Below are positions 49,593 through 60,600 of a stretch of 64,000 nucleotides of DNA, one piece after another (positions within the stretch are counted from its first letter, which is position 1; each line of letters begins with the position of its first letter). The stretch is taken from assembly GCA_963709345.1 (NCBI GenBank), contig CAVPVX010000004.1:128001-192000 (forward strand). The letters are read 5' to 3'. Made by a program: the position numbers and the translations under genes. This DNA is from an uncultured Actinomycetes bacterium. GTDB taxonomy: Bacteria; Actinomycetota; Thermoleophilia; UBA2241. The notes under the pieces are model-generated. The model saw only the letters and a list, made by a program, of their open reading frames with translations, was not told where the DNA came from and did not search any database.

Positions 49593-51524
49593 ATGACAGC
49601 AGTGGTCGCACCGGATCCGGGTACGGCGGGGGCGGCCACGCTGCCTCACCTGTTCGCGGGCTGGGTCCAGCGCTACGGCGCCGAGCCGGCGCTCAGCCGG
49701 CGCGTGGACGGCGTCTTCACCTCCTTCACCTACGACGAGCTGGACCGGCGCGCGAGCCTGCTCGCGCTCGCGCTGGCGCGCGAGCTCGGCGTGCGCCGCG
49801 GCGAGCTCGTGGCGCTCGTCTGCGACAACCGCCCCGAGTGGATGGTGTGCAGCCTCGCCATCCACTTCCTCGGCGCCGTGGACGTGCCGCGCGCCTCGGA
49901 CACGCCTCCGGAGATCCTTGAGGCGATCCTGCGGCACGCGGAGCCGGCGGTCGTCATCCTGGAGGATCCGGCTCAGCTCCCTCTGGTGCGCGAGGCGCTG
50001 CCCGGGTTGCGCGCGGCGGTCGTCATCGACGGCTCCGGCGTCGGTGCGGCCCCGTCATCCGCCGCGTGCCGCGTGGACACGCTGGCGGAGCTCATGGCTC
50101 TCGGCGAGGTGGCGTGGCCGGTGGCGGGCGCGGAGGTGCGGCGACGCCGCGACGAGGTGGAGCCGGAAGACCTCGCGACCGTGATCTACACCTCCGGCAC
50201 CACCGGCGCCCCCAAGGGGGTCGCGCTCACGCACGCCAATTATGAGCTCAACCTGCGCGAGCTCCCCGAGTTGCTCCAGGTCGAGCGCGTGCCGGTGATC
50301 AGTGTGCTGCAGCCGTGGCACGCGTACGAGCGGCAGATGCAGCTCATGTACCTGAGCAAGGGCTGCTGCATCCACTACAGCCACGTTCTGACGCTGCGCG
50401 GCGACCTCAAGGCTGTGCGTCCGGTCATCATGGCCACGGTGCCGGAGCTGTGGGTCAAGCTGTACAAGGGGGTCTTTCTCAAGATCGACGGCCGGCCGTC
50501 GATCCAGCGCAAGCTCGCACGCTGGCTGATCGCGCGCTCGCTGACGTCGGCGCGCGCCCGGCGCGTGCTGGAGGGTCGCGAGCCTGAGGTTCGGCCGCGC
50601 GGCCCGGTCCTGCGGGCGGCGGTGCGCGCGTGGGCCAGGGTCGCGGACACGACCCTGAGGCCGTTCCACGCACTGGCCGACCGCCGCGTCTTTCGCGAGG
50701 TCCGCGCCGGGCTCGGCGGGAGCCTCCGCTTCCCCTGTGTCGGCGGTGGCTCGCTGCCCGACACGGTGGACGAGTTCTTCGACGCTGCCGGGATGCCGCT
50801 GCTGGAGGGCTACGGGATGACCGAGGCCATCGTGGTGATGGCTATGAGGGATCCGCATCATCGCATGCTGCGGACCACCGGGCACGTCATCCGCGGTATG
50901 GAGCATCGCCTCGCCGGCGCGGACGACGGCCCGTGCCGCCCGGGTGACGTCGGCCGCCTGCAGGTCCGCGGGCCCAACATCATGCGTGGCTACTACAAGG
51001 ATGCGGAGCGGACGGCCGAAGTGCTGAGCGCGGATGGCTGGCTGGACACGCACGACCTGGCGCTCGTGCACGCCGACGGCAGCCTGCGCGTCCTTGGCCG
51101 CCTGGACGACACGCTGGTGCTCACCAACGGCGAGAACGTCAACGCGCCGTACCTGGAGAACGAGCTTTGCGCGAGCGAGTGGATCGACAGGGCGGTCGTG
51201 GTAGGCGAGGGGCGGCCGTACGTCGCCGCGTTCGTTGCGCCGAGCCGCCCCCATCTCGAGCAGTTGGCTCGCCGGCTGGGCATCACCGGCGACGACATGC
51301 GCGACTTCATCGCCGACGAGCGCGTCCTCAAGCACTACCGTCACCTCGCGAGCGTCATCAGTGGCGATGCTCGCCGCTTCACCCCCTACGAACGCGTGCA
51401 CCGCGTGCGGCTGTGGCTCGAGGATTTCCGCATCGGCCGCGAGCTCTCCCAGACCCTCAAGCTGCGCCGCCACGAGTTCCTGCGGCTCTACTCCTGCGAG
51501 GTCGACGAGCTGTACGCGCCCTGA
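49593..51524 (+). CDS. Long-chain fatty acid-CoA ligase
   Basis: YTSGTTGAPKG, WHAYER, EGYGMTE, GR..D..VL.NGENV. Confidence 0.9.
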   Translation: MTAVVAPDPGTAGAATLPHLFAGWVQRYGAEPALSRRVDGVFTSFTYDELDRRASLLALALARELGVRRGELVALVCDNRPEWMVCSLAIHFLGAVDVPRASDTPPEILEAILRHAEPAVVILEDPAQLPLVREALPGLRAAVVIDGSGVGAAPSSAACRVDTLAELMALGEVAWPVAGAEVRRRRDEVEPEDLATVIYTSGTTGAPKGVALTHANYELNLRELPELLQVERVPVISVLQPWHAYERQMQLMYLSKGCCIHYSHVLTLRGDLKAVRPVIMATVPELWVKLYKGVFLKIDGRPSIQRKLARWLIARSLTSARARRVLEGREPEVRPRGPVLRAAVRAWARVADTTLRPFHALADRRVFREVRAGLGGSLRFPCVGGGSLPDTVDEFFDAAGMPLLEGYGMTEAIVVMAMRDPHHRMLRTTGHVIRGMEHRLAGADDGPCRPGDVGRLQVRGPNIMRGYYKDAERTAEVLSADGWLDTHDLALVHADGSLRVLGRLDDTLVLTNGENVNAPYLENELCASEWIDRAVVVGEGRPYVAAFVAPSRPHLEQLARRLGITGDDMRDFIADERVLKHYRHLASVISGDARRFTPYERVHRVRLWLEDFRIGRELSQTLKLRRHEFLRLYSCEVDELYAP

Positions 51525-51597
51525 GGCGCGGCCGGCGCGCTTGTCAGCGGGACGCAGCCCTCGGTCCCCCCGCAGCCGCGCCCGCGTACCACCCGGG

Positions 51598-52662
51598 TCA
51601 CTGTACGGCGAGCTTGCCTTGCATGCGGCGCGCCAGCAACAGCACGGCGGCGCCGAGCACGGCGGCGATGCCGAGCGCGATGAGCAGTTCCCACCACACG
51701 TCGGCGAGCGTGTCGCCCTGGATGGCGAGCCGGTAGATGGGGTCGATGATCCAGTACGTGGGGAAGACCCTGGCGACCCACTGCGGCCAGTCCGGGAAGA
51801 GGTAGAAGATGACGGGGCCGACGATGAGGAACCCCGTCCCCTTGGTGAGCGCGAACAGCATCTGCACGTTGCGCGCTCCTGTCGCGAAGACGAGGCCGAT
51901 GGCGGTCGCCACCAGCGCCGCCACGGCGACGCTGAGCAGCAGGCCGACGGGGGAGGCGCCCAGGGCGCCGTTCAGGGCCAGCGTCACGAGCGCCATCGCA
52001 GCCGCGATGACGAAGCCCATGGTCGCCTTGGCGAGCAGCACCTCCGAGAGGCGCACGGGCGTGACGAGGAGCGCGTCGAGCGTGCGCTTCTCGCGCTCGT
52101 CGACCACCGCGAACGCCGTCAGAAAGACGCCGGCCATGATGAGCGCGTACATGACGATCAGCGGCACGAGACGCGCCGAGAGCGGCAGCGTCTCGGCGCC
52201 GAGGTCGTCGATCACCACGTTCGCAGGCTCCGGCTTGCCCTCCACGTCGCGCACCAGGTCGAGGGTCGTGACCGCGAGGATCACCCGGTTCGACGCCAGG
52301 CTCTCGCCGCCGATGTAGAACGGCAGCGCGGGTCGCTGCCCGGCGCGGAGCGCCGCGTCGAACCCGGGCTCCAGAACGAGGCCCGCATCCAGGGTGTTGG
52401 CCTCCACCTTCTGCCGAAGGATCGCCTCGCTGCCCACAACATCGACGGCGATCCCTGGGAGCTGCTGCGCGTCGGCGGTGAGCTGCGAGTCGCCCCGGTC
52501 GACGATGCCGAGTCTCGGCGCCGGCTCCACTAGTCCGGAGAAGGCGACCTGCACCGCGAAGGTCATCACGAACGGCAGGATGACGGCGAAGAGGAAGATC
52601 GGCGAGCGCGGACCAAGGCGTAGGTCCTTTCGCAGCACGTGGAGGATGCGGGAGGCGCTCAC
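51598..52662 (-). CDS. ABC-2 type exporter permease
   Basis: DEREKRTLDALLVTP; multi-TM. Confidence 0.88.
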   Translation of the reverse strand: MSASRILHVLRKDLRLGPRSPIFLFAVILPFVMTFAVQVAFSGLVEPAPRLGIVDRGDSQLTADAQQLPGIAVDVVGSEAILRQKVEANTLDAGLVLEPGFDAALRAGQRPALPFYIGGESLASNRVILAVTTLDLVRDVEGKPEPANVVIDDLGAETLPLSARLVPLIVMYALIMAGVFLTAFAVVDEREKRTLDALLVTPVRLSEVLLAKATMGFVIAAAMALVTLALNGALGASPVGLLLSVAVAALVATAIGLVFATGARNVQMLFALTKGTGFLIVGPVIFYLFPDWPQWVARVFPTYWIIDPIYRLAIQGDTLADVWWELLIALGIAAVLGAAVLLLARRMQGKLAVQ

Positions 52663-53807
52663 AGCGTGCCCACCTTTCGTCGCAGGACGGCGAGGCCGCT
52701 TCCCAGGATGACGGCGCACCAGACGGCGGCCAGCGCGAGGGGGCCCCAGAGCTCCGCCCACGACTTGCCGTACGACGTGACCCCGACCATGACCTCGATC
52801 ACGCCCCAGGTGGGAAGCACCTTTATCCACGTCGCCGTCGCGCCGGGGAGCAGCGCCGTCACCGCCGGGATGGCGAGCGGGATCAGCAGCGCGATCCCCA
52901 GGAAGAGAGTGCCGATGAAGTCCTTGCCCGCGGACCCCGAGAGCAGCGCCGTCCCGGTGGCGATGACGGCGCCGAGCAGCGTGCCGGCGAGCAGCAGGCT
53001 CCACCCGGCTCCGAAGGAGCGGGTGAGCGCCAGCAGGATCACCGCCTGGGAGAAGGCGAGCGCGGTGCCGAGGAGCACCTTGGCCGTGAGGATGTCGGAG
53101 ACCCTCGCTGGGGTCGCCATCAGGGCGATGACGGTGCGCCGCTGGATCTCGACGGCGATCAGCGTGGCGAGCACCATGGACTCCATCATGAGGACGAAGA
53201 AGGCGAGCAGTGGCCGCATGCGCTCTTGCGGCGTGACCTGGCGGCCGGCGAGGTCCGGCCCGAGCACGGTCGTCCGCTGGCGGACCGGGACGGCACTCGC
53301 CGGGTCCTCGCCCGCCGCCGCAGCAGCGGTCAGTGCCGCGATCTCGCGCACGGCGCTCTTCATCGCTCCGCGCACCTCGGCCGGCACGTCGCCGCCGACG
53401 TAGACCGTCACGTCGGACGTCTCGTCGCGCGCTGCGCGCGCTGTGAAGTCAGCGGGGAATGCGAGGCCGGCGACGACGTCGTCGTCAGACGCTCCGCCGT
53501 CAGCGCCCCCCTCCCCCGCGACCGCGGCGCGCAGAGCTTCAGGCGAGGTGAAGGAAACGACCTCGAGCCCCTGGCCGCCCTCCGCCCCGGAGGCGCCGAG
53601 GCCGTTCAGCGAGTCGGCCAGGTCCGCGGGGTACACTCCTACGCGGATCGTCTCGTCGACGGACGACGGCAGCAGCCAGAAGAGAGCGATGAACATCACG
53701 AGGCCGACCGTCGTCAGCACGAGCCAGAGCCGGTCGCGACTGAACTCGCGTGCGTCCTTGCGGACGATCGCCCACACGATCGCGGGTCGGGAGACGGGCC
53801 GGGTCAC
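52659..53807 (-). CDS. ABC-2 type exporter permease
   Basis: EIQRRTVIALMATP; multi-TM; coupled to neighbouring genes. Confidence 0.88.
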   Translation of the reverse strand: MTRPVSRPAIVWAIVRKDAREFSRDRLWLVLTTVGLVMFIALFWLLPSSVDETIRVGVYPADLADSLNGLGASGAEGGQGLEVVSFTSPEALRAAVAGEGGADGGASDDDVVAGLAFPADFTARAARDETSDVTVYVGGDVPAEVRGAMKSAVREIAALTAAAAAGEDPASAVPVRQRTTVLGPDLAGRQVTPQERMRPLLAFFVLMMESMVLATLIAVEIQRRTVIALMATPARVSDILTAKVLLGTALAFSQAVILLALTRSFGAGWSLLLAGTLLGAVIATGTALLSGSAGKDFIGTLFLGIALLIPLAIPAVTALLPGATATWIKVLPTWGVIEVMVGVTSYGKSWAELWGPLALAAVWCAVILGSGLAVLRRKVGTL

Positions 53808-54667
53808 CCTTCGAGCCCCCGGCCGGTCATCTGGATGAAGATGTTCTCGAGCGTGGCCTCCTCAGTGTGAATGGTCAGCAGGCCTTCCGCCCCGACCGCC
53901 TCCTTGAGTCGCTCGCCGGCGTCGCTTGCGTCGAGCGGCACCGAGTGCTCGACGATTTCGCCGTCCTCGCGCACCCGGACCTTCACGGCTCGCTTGCCGT
54001 AACGCAGCTTGAGGTCCTCGGGCGCGTCGATCGCGTAGATGCGGCCCTCGTTGATGAATGCGACCCTGTCGCTGAGTTCGTCGGCCTCCCACATGTCGTG
54101 CGTGGTGAGCAACACTGCAGCACCTTGCTCGGCCTCCCGGGCGATCAGCGTGCGGATCGTCTTCGCGGACACGGGGTCGAGGCCGTCGGTGGGCTCGTCG
54201 AGAAAGAGGACCCTGGGCTTGTTCACCAGCGCGCGCGCCACCATGAGGCGCTGGCGCATGCCCTTGGAGAAGCCGGACACGCGCGTCCCGGCCCTGTCGG
54301 CCAGGCCGACGCGCTCGAGCAGGCTGGTGGTGTCCACGCGCCTCAGGCCGAAGAGCGCGGCGAAGAAGCGCAGGTTCTCCTCGGCCGTCATGTTCTCGTA
54401 GAGGTTCTTCTCCTCGAAGCAGACACCGATCCGCGCCTGGGTCGCCGGGTCGTCTCGCTTGACGTCCCGGCCGAGGATTCGCGCCACTCCCGACCGCGGC
54501 TGCAACTGGCCGGTGAGGATCTTGATCGTCGTGGACTTGCCGGCGCCGTTGGGACCGAGAAAGCCGAGCACTTCGCCGGGTGCGACCGCGAAGCTGATAC
54601 CGCGGATCGCCTCGCGCTCGCCGTAGGCGAAGGTGACGTCGTCGACTTCGATCGCCGGCTCGCTCAT
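53804..54667 (-). CDS. ABC exporter ATP-binding protein
   Basis: GPNGAGKST, FSKGMRQR, LDEPTDGLD. Confidence 0.93.
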   Translation of the reverse strand: MSEPAIEVDDVTFAYGEREAIRGISFAVAPGEVLGFLGPNGAGKSTTIKILTGQLQPRSGVARILGRDVKRDDPATQARIGVCFEEKNLYENMTAEENLRFFAALFGLRRVDTTSLLERVGLADRAGTRVSGFSKGMRQRLMVARALVNKPRVLFLDEPTDGLDPVSAKTIRTLIAREAEQGAAVLLTTHDMWEADELSDRVAFINEGRIYAIDAPEDLKLRYGKRAVKVRVREDGEIVEHSVPLDASDAGERLKEAVGAEGLLTIHTEEATLENIFIQMTGRGLEG

Positions 54668-54801
54668 GGACGTCCTCCCTCTCTCGCGGTGGCTCGGGCG
54701 CCGTCGGTCGTCATCCAGGGGCGCTCTCTGCAGCGTCCCTTCCATGGTAATACCCATCGCGCCGCCCGGCGATTTAGGAGACCATCGCCCAACGCTTGTT
54801 A

Positions 54802-54838
54802 TTGACGTTGCCTTCCTATATAGGTAGCCGTTGCAGAA
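54802..54838 (+). promoter_or_regulatory. AT-richer promoter/operator region of perR-katA-prxU
   Basis: TTGACG at 54802 and palindrome CCTATATAGG (54815-54824); exact PerR box not resolved. Confidence 0.4.
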
Positions 54839-54849
54839 AGGAGGTGGCG

Positions 54850-55311
54850 ATGGTTGTCTTGACCGATGAGGTGGAACGCCGGGTCGACGCGCTCTCGCGT
54901 GCGTTGCGGGAGTCCGGGCTTCGCCTCACGCATCAGCGGCTCGAGGTCGTTCGCGAGCTGGCCGAGAGCGACGAGCACCCGGACGTCGAAAGCGTCTACC
55001 GTGCGGTGCGCGTGCGCGTGCCCACGATCTCGCTGGACACCGTCTATCGCACGCTGGCGACGCTCGACGGCCTCGGGCTCATCAAGCGCGTCACGGCGAC
55101 GCCGGGTCCGACTCGCTACGACGCCAACACGGCACACCATCACCACTTCGTCTGCACCCGCTGCGACCTGATCCGCGACGTCGACGACGAGGAGCTGGAT
55201 GCGGTGAGACCGCCGCGCAGCACCGCGTCTCTCGGCAGCGTCGAGTCGATCGAGGTCCACATGCGGGGAGTCTGTGTCGATTGCCACAACAAGGAGCGTG
55301 ACCATGGCTGA
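54850..55311 (+). CDS. perR: Fur-family peroxide regulator (PerR-like)
   Basis: [33 protein letters not shown]; directly upstream of catalase. Confidence 0.85.
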   Translation: MVVLTDEVERRVDALSRALRESGLRLTHQRLEVVRELAESDEHPDVESVYRAVRVRVPTISLDTVYRTLATLDGLGLIKRVTATPGPTRYDANTAHHHHFVCTRCDLIRDVDDEELDAVRPPRSTASLGSVESIEVHMRGVCVDCHNKERDHG

Positions 55312-56770
55312 AGAGAAGCACGACAAGCTCACCACCAGCTTCGGGGCGCCGGTCCCGAACAACCAGGATTCGCTGACGGCCGGCAAGCGTGGGCCGATGC
55401 TGCTGCAGGACGTCTGGTACCTGGAGAAGCTCGCCAACTTCGACCGCGAGGTGATCCCTGAGCGCCGGATGCACGCCAAAGGATCCGGCGCGTTCGGCAC
55501 CTTCACCGTCACCCACGACATCACGCCGCACACGCGCGCCGCGGTCTTCAGTGAGGTCGGCAAGAAGACCGACCTCTTCGTGCGCTTCTCCACCGTGGCC
55601 GGCGAGCGTGGCGCCGCCGACGCCGAGCGCGACATCCGCGGCTTCGCCGTCAAGATGTACACCGACGAGGGCAACTGGGACCTCGTGGGCAACAACACGC
55701 CCGTGTTCTTCTTCCGCGACCCGCTCAAGTTCCCAGACCTGAACCACGCCGTGAAGCGCGACCCGCGCACCAACCTGCGCAGCGCGCAGAACAACTGGGA
55801 CTTCTGGACGCTGCTGCCCGAGGCGCTCCACCAGATCACGATAACGATGAGCGAGCGCGGCATCCCGCTGAGCTACCGCCACATGCACGGCTTCGGCAGC
55901 CATACGTACAGCTTCGTGAGCGCCGCCGGTGAGCGCACCTGGGTCAAGTTCCACTGGGTCTGCCAGCAGGGCATCAAGAATCTCACCGACGAGGAGGCCG
56001 CAGAGCTCGTCGGCCAGGACCGTGAGAGTCACCAGCGCGACCTGTACGAGGCCATCGAGAAAGGCGACTTCCCCAGGTGGAAGCTCTTCGTCCAGCTCAT
56101 GCCCGAGGCCGACGCGGCGGCGTACAAGTTCCACCCCTTCGACCTCACCAAGGTGTGGCTGAAGGGCGACTACCCTCTACATGAGGTCGGCGTGATGGAG
56201 TTGAACATGAACCCGGAGAACTACTTCGCCGACGTCGAGCAGGCGGCGTTCAACCCCGCCAACGTCGTGCCGGGCATCGGCTTCTCGCCGGACCGGATGC
56301 TGCAGGGGCGCCTGTTCAGCTACGGCGACGCGCAGCGGTACCGCCTGGGCGTGAACCACCACCAGATCCCGGTGAACGCGCCGCGTTGCCCGATGCACGG
56401 CTACAGCCGCGACGGCGCGATGCGCGTGGACGGCAACTACGGATCCACGCCGCACTACGAGCCCAACAGCAACGGCACGTGGCAGGAGCAGCCGCAGTTC
56501 GCGGAGCCGCCGCTGGCGCTTGAAGGCCCGGCCGACCGCCACGACTACCGCGCCGCCGACGACGACTACTACACGCAGCCGGGCCTGCTCTTCGGCCTCA
56601 TGAACGACGCGCAGCGGGAGGCGCTCTTCGCCAACACGGGGCGCGCGATGGGCGACTCCTCGGAGGATGTCAAGGTGCGCCACATCGCCAACTGCCTCAA
56701 GGCCGACCCGGCCTATGGCGAGGGCGTCGCCGCCGCGCTGGGTATCCCGATGAGCAAGGTGGGCGTCTGA
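55304..56770 (+). CDS. katA: Monofunctional heme catalase
   Basis: [15 protein letters not shown] (distal His), [21 protein letters not shown] (proximal Tyr). Confidence 0.97.
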   Translation: MAEEKHDKLTTSFGAPVPNNQDSLTAGKRGPMLLQDVWYLEKLANFDREVIPERRMHAKGSGAFGTFTVTHDITPHTRAAVFSEVGKKTDLFVRFSTVAGERGAADAERDIRGFAVKMYTDEGNWDLVGNNTPVFFFRDPLKFPDLNHAVKRDPRTNLRSAQNNWDFWTLLPEALHQITITMSERGIPLSYRHMHGFGSHTYSFVSAAGERTWVKFHWVCQQGIKNLTDEEAAELVGQDRESHQRDLYEAIEKGDFPRWKLFVQLMPEADAAAYKFHPFDLTKVWLKGDYPLHEVGVMELNMNPENYFADVEQAAFNPANVVPGIGFSPDRMLQGRLFSYGDAQRYRLGVNHHQIPVNAPRCPMHGYSRDGAMRVDGNYGSTPHYEPNSNGTWQEQPQFAEPPLALEGPADRHDYRAADDDYYTQPGLLFGLMNDAQREALFANTGRAMGDSSEDVKVRHIANCLKADPAYGEGVAAALGIPMSKVGV

Positions 56771-56819
56771 CGCACTGACCGGAGACGCGACGGGACCACG
56801 ACACCAAAGGAGGCGGCAG

Positions 56820-57536
56820 ATGGCAGACGACGATATCGGGTGCGCCCGTCCCACGGGCTCTCTCGTCGGCGAGAAGCCGGCGCGGCGGGACGAGGCACAG
56901 GTCGACGAGCTGACGAAGGAGGCAGGTGTGAGCATCATGCCCGGCCAGAAGGCGCCGGACTTCGAGGCGCCCGCCTACCACAAGGGCGGGTTCACCAAGG
57001 TCAAGCTGTCCGACCACCTGGGCAAGTGGGTGGTCCTCTGCTTCTACCCGGGTGACTTCACCTTCGTGTGACCGACCGAGATCTCGGCGGTCGCCGAGAA
57101 GTACGACGAGTTCCAGGCCCTGGGCGTGGAGGTCTTCTCCGCCAGCGTGGACTCGCAGTTCGTGCACAAGATGTGGGACGAGAACGAGCTCTCCAAGATG
57201 ACGGAGGGCGGCATCCCCTTCCCCATGATCGCCGACGCGGCGGGCAACCTGGGCAAGGCATACGGCGTGTACGACGAGCAGGCCGGCGTCAACATCCGCG
57301 GCCGCTTCATCATCGACCCGGACGGCGTGATCCAGGCGATGGAAGTGCTCACGCCGCCGGTGGGCCGCAAAGTCGCGGAGACGCTGCGGCAGATCAAGGC
57401 GTACCAGCACGTGCGCGCCACCGGGGGCAAAGAGGTCACGCCTTCCGGCTGGGAGCCGGGCAAGAAGGTCCTCAAGCCCGGCCCCGACCTGGTCGGGCGC
57501 GTCTGGGAGGTCTGGCAGCCCAAAGAAGACGAGTAG
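56820..57536 (+). CDS. prxU: Selenocysteine-containing peroxiredoxin (PrxU-like)
   Basis: [12 protein letters not shown](57069-57071)-PTEI replaces the AhpC FTFVCPTE motif; frame continues to TAG at 57536; GGAGG RBS. Confidence 0.92.
57082..57099 (+). promoter_or_regulatory. Putative bacterial SECIS element
   Basis: UCUCGGC-GGUC-GCCGAGA, starting 11 nt after the UGA. Confidence 0.75.
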
Positions 57537-57568
57537 CCCGGCTCGCCGACCATCGCCGTATGAACGAG

Positions 57569-57604
57569 AAAGGGGGCCGGCCCGTCAGGGCCGGCCCCTT
57601 CTTC
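57569..57604. terminator. Intrinsic terminator (possibly bidirectional)
   Basis: GGGGCCGGCCC-GTCA-GGGCCGGCCCC, flanked by GAAA and TTCTT. Confidence 0.75.
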
Positions 57605-57658
57605 GAGGGCTCGGGGTGCTCACCTCGCGATGTGCATCGCCGCCGCGGCTGATGCCTG

Positions 57659-60600
57659 CTACGGCGTCGGCACGAACCCGCTGTTGTCGCCGTTGGTCAT
57701 GCCGTGCAGCAGGTCGTAGACGAGCGCGCCGCTCGTGCTCGGATCATCATCCGGCGTGAAGTCCTCGTCGTAGTGCTCCCAGTCTCTGACGACCAGCGCC
57801 TTGTAGTCGCCCATGGCGGTCTGGTGACCGGGGAACGTGTCGTTGCCGCCGAGGCTGAACCAGCCGCCGGCGTCGGCCCCGGGATTCGCCTCAGGTGCGC
57901 CGGTGTAGTCGTTCGAGTCCTGGAGATGCCCATTGACGAACAACTTCATTCCCAGCGATCCGTAGACGGCGGCGATGTGGTACCAGTGGCCCAGTTCCAC
58001 CGGCGTGGTGCCGACGAGCCGGTGCCAGGCGCCCCACAACCCGCCCTTGTTCTCGTTGATCTGGAAGACGACCACGGTGCCGCCGGGATTCCCAACGGCA
58101 CTCCCGTAGTGGATGCTCATGGCCGGCCAGCGATGCGGGCCCTCGCCGTTCCAGTCGGGGTAGTCGTAGCTGATCTCGGCGATGGTGTTGCCGTATTCCA
58201 TGGAGCCCCAGGCCGTCGGCCGGAACCAGAACTCGTAGGCGCCGTGCCGCGCTGGCGGGGCACACCCTCGGCCCAGCGGATCCACGCTTCGTTGTCCGGT
58301 GCGCGCATGCTGAGCCCGCCCACCTCCTTCAGCCGGATCTCACCGACGTCGGTGATGTGCCCCCGGGTGACCGCAACGGTCCGCCCTTGCTCCACATAGC
58401 CACCTTTGCTCACGATGAGCCCGTGCGTGCCGACCTTCAGACCTTCGCCCTCGAGGGCGTCCAGGAAGAATGAGCCGTCCGCACCCGTGACGACGACGTC
58501 TTCCACGAAGCCACCTGTTTCGTCGCCCTCGCAGGCCAAGACGCGGGCGCCCTCGATCGGGTCGCCGGTCAGGCTGTCGACGACCCTCCCGAACACTCCT
58601 TGGGCCAGGAACTGGACGAGGAAGAGGTCGACGTTCTCGCGCAGCTGGCCGCCGGCGAGGCTCACCGTGACGCTCTCTGTGTGGTAGTAGTTGATGGAAG
58701 CTTCGATGCGGTAGTTGCCGGGTTCGAGGCCGAGGAATGAGTACGAGCCGTAGCTGCCGGTCCAGTCCGTCATGTAGTGGCCGTCGGCATTGTAGAGCTC
58801 CACGGTGGCCGAGAAGACCGGGTAGTGGCCGGCGTCGGTGAAGACGTGCCCCGTGATCCCCTGGAGCTGGTACCTGGTGAGCGAGACGTTCTGGCCGGTC
58901 GTCACCGACCCCTCGACCACGACGACCGTGCGCTCGTTGTCGGCGTAGCCGTTCTTGCCGGCGGTCACCGTGTACGTGCCGGGCGAAAGCCCGGAGAACA
59001 CGTAGGTGCCGTCGGCGGCGGAGCTGGTACGGTGAGACGCGGAGCCCTCCCTGTCTATCTCGACCCATGCCGACTTGACCGGCGCCCCGCTCGTCGCGTC
59101 GGTGATCTTGCCGCTCACGCTTGGCGTCTCGTACTCACTGGACTCACCGCCAGAGGTGCTCGAACCCGCCTGGTCGATGACCCACGGGCCGAACAACTCG
59201 AAGGGGTATGTCTTATTGAAGACCCCGTGGTCGAACACCTCCACCTCGAGGCCGATCTCCCCGTCGATGCCGGCGCTCAGCGTCCACCAGGGGTCGGCTT
59301 CGGTGTCCGCCGCCAGCTCCACGTACGGCTTGAGCTCGACCGTCGGGCCGGCGACCCCGTAGACCTCGAAGTCGAGGCCGGCGCTGGCGAAGCCTGCGAC
59401 CGTCAGCTGGCTGGAGAGCCGCGGAGGACTCGGCGTCGCTTCGTAGGTCGAGCCGCAGTCAAGGTCCCAGCCGTCGTCCCAGGAGATGGTCGCCCACGTC
59501 TCGGTGGTCAGGGTCATCCCGGCGGTGACGCCGGCGACGATGTTCCCCTCCACACCCACCTTGACCTCGAACTCAGGGAGGATGACCACCGGCACCACCC
59601 CGACCATGATCGTGATCGGCGTCAGGGTGCGCTTGTAGAGCGTGATGTCCTTCGTCCCGGTGATGTCCTTCTTCATGCTCACCGTGACGTCGGTCGTGGT
59701 GTTGAGCACCTGGGTGTAGTAGGCAGACTCCAGCCCGCCCCAGCCGAATTCCCAGTCGCAGTGGGCGTCGGGGTCGAGCGTGATCGAACCCTCGGCTTCG
59801 GCCCAGTCTGAGATGGGCGAGGTGAGAGTGAACGTGATGCCGTCGGTGTCGTCAGTCGCCGAGGGCTCCCAGAAGGGTGACGGGCGTGGTCTCGTCGCGG
59901 ACGATGCGCACGCCCGGCGCCCGAATGCCGTCGTCGGGCAGGTCGTCGGCGGTGAGGTGCATGTGGAAGCCGATCTCGCCCTGGTCGATCACGTCGCACA
60001 GCTCGGCCTGGGCGGTCTCCACCACGACCTCGCCGCCCTGCTGGCCGACCGAGACGACCTTGCGGCAGAGGCCTTCGGGGAACTCGGGACTCGCGGCGGC
60101 AAGGAGCACGTCGCCATGCTGCAGGCGGGCGAGCTGGCCCGTCTTGCCGGCGAAGGCGAGGGTGCCGTCGGCCTCGACCTCGCGCAGGTAGCGCATCGAG
60201 GCGTCGTTGAGCGGCTCGGCCTTGTCCGAGACGATGACGCCGGCGGACGGCGCCACTCCGAGGCTCACCTTCGCGAACGGCCACGGGCCCGTGAGCCAGA
60301 CCGAGGGGGCGAAGGCCGAGCCGCTCGAGGCCCACGTCGTCACTCGCGTCTGCGTCCCGGCGGCCGCGGCGGTGAGCGCGTCGGCGCGCCCGTCGCCGGT
60401 CACGTCGCCGACGCAGAAGCGGCTGGCCGTCGGCACCAACGTGGCGCCGGGCTCATACCAGACGCGCGGCCCGGTGAGGGCCTTGCCGGACGAGAGGAAG
60501 ACGTCGAGCCGGCCCTTGCCGTTCGGTTGCTTGAAGAGGCAGACGACGTCGCCGTCACCGTCGCTGTCGACGTCGCCCGCGGCCAGTCGGGCGCGCCCCG

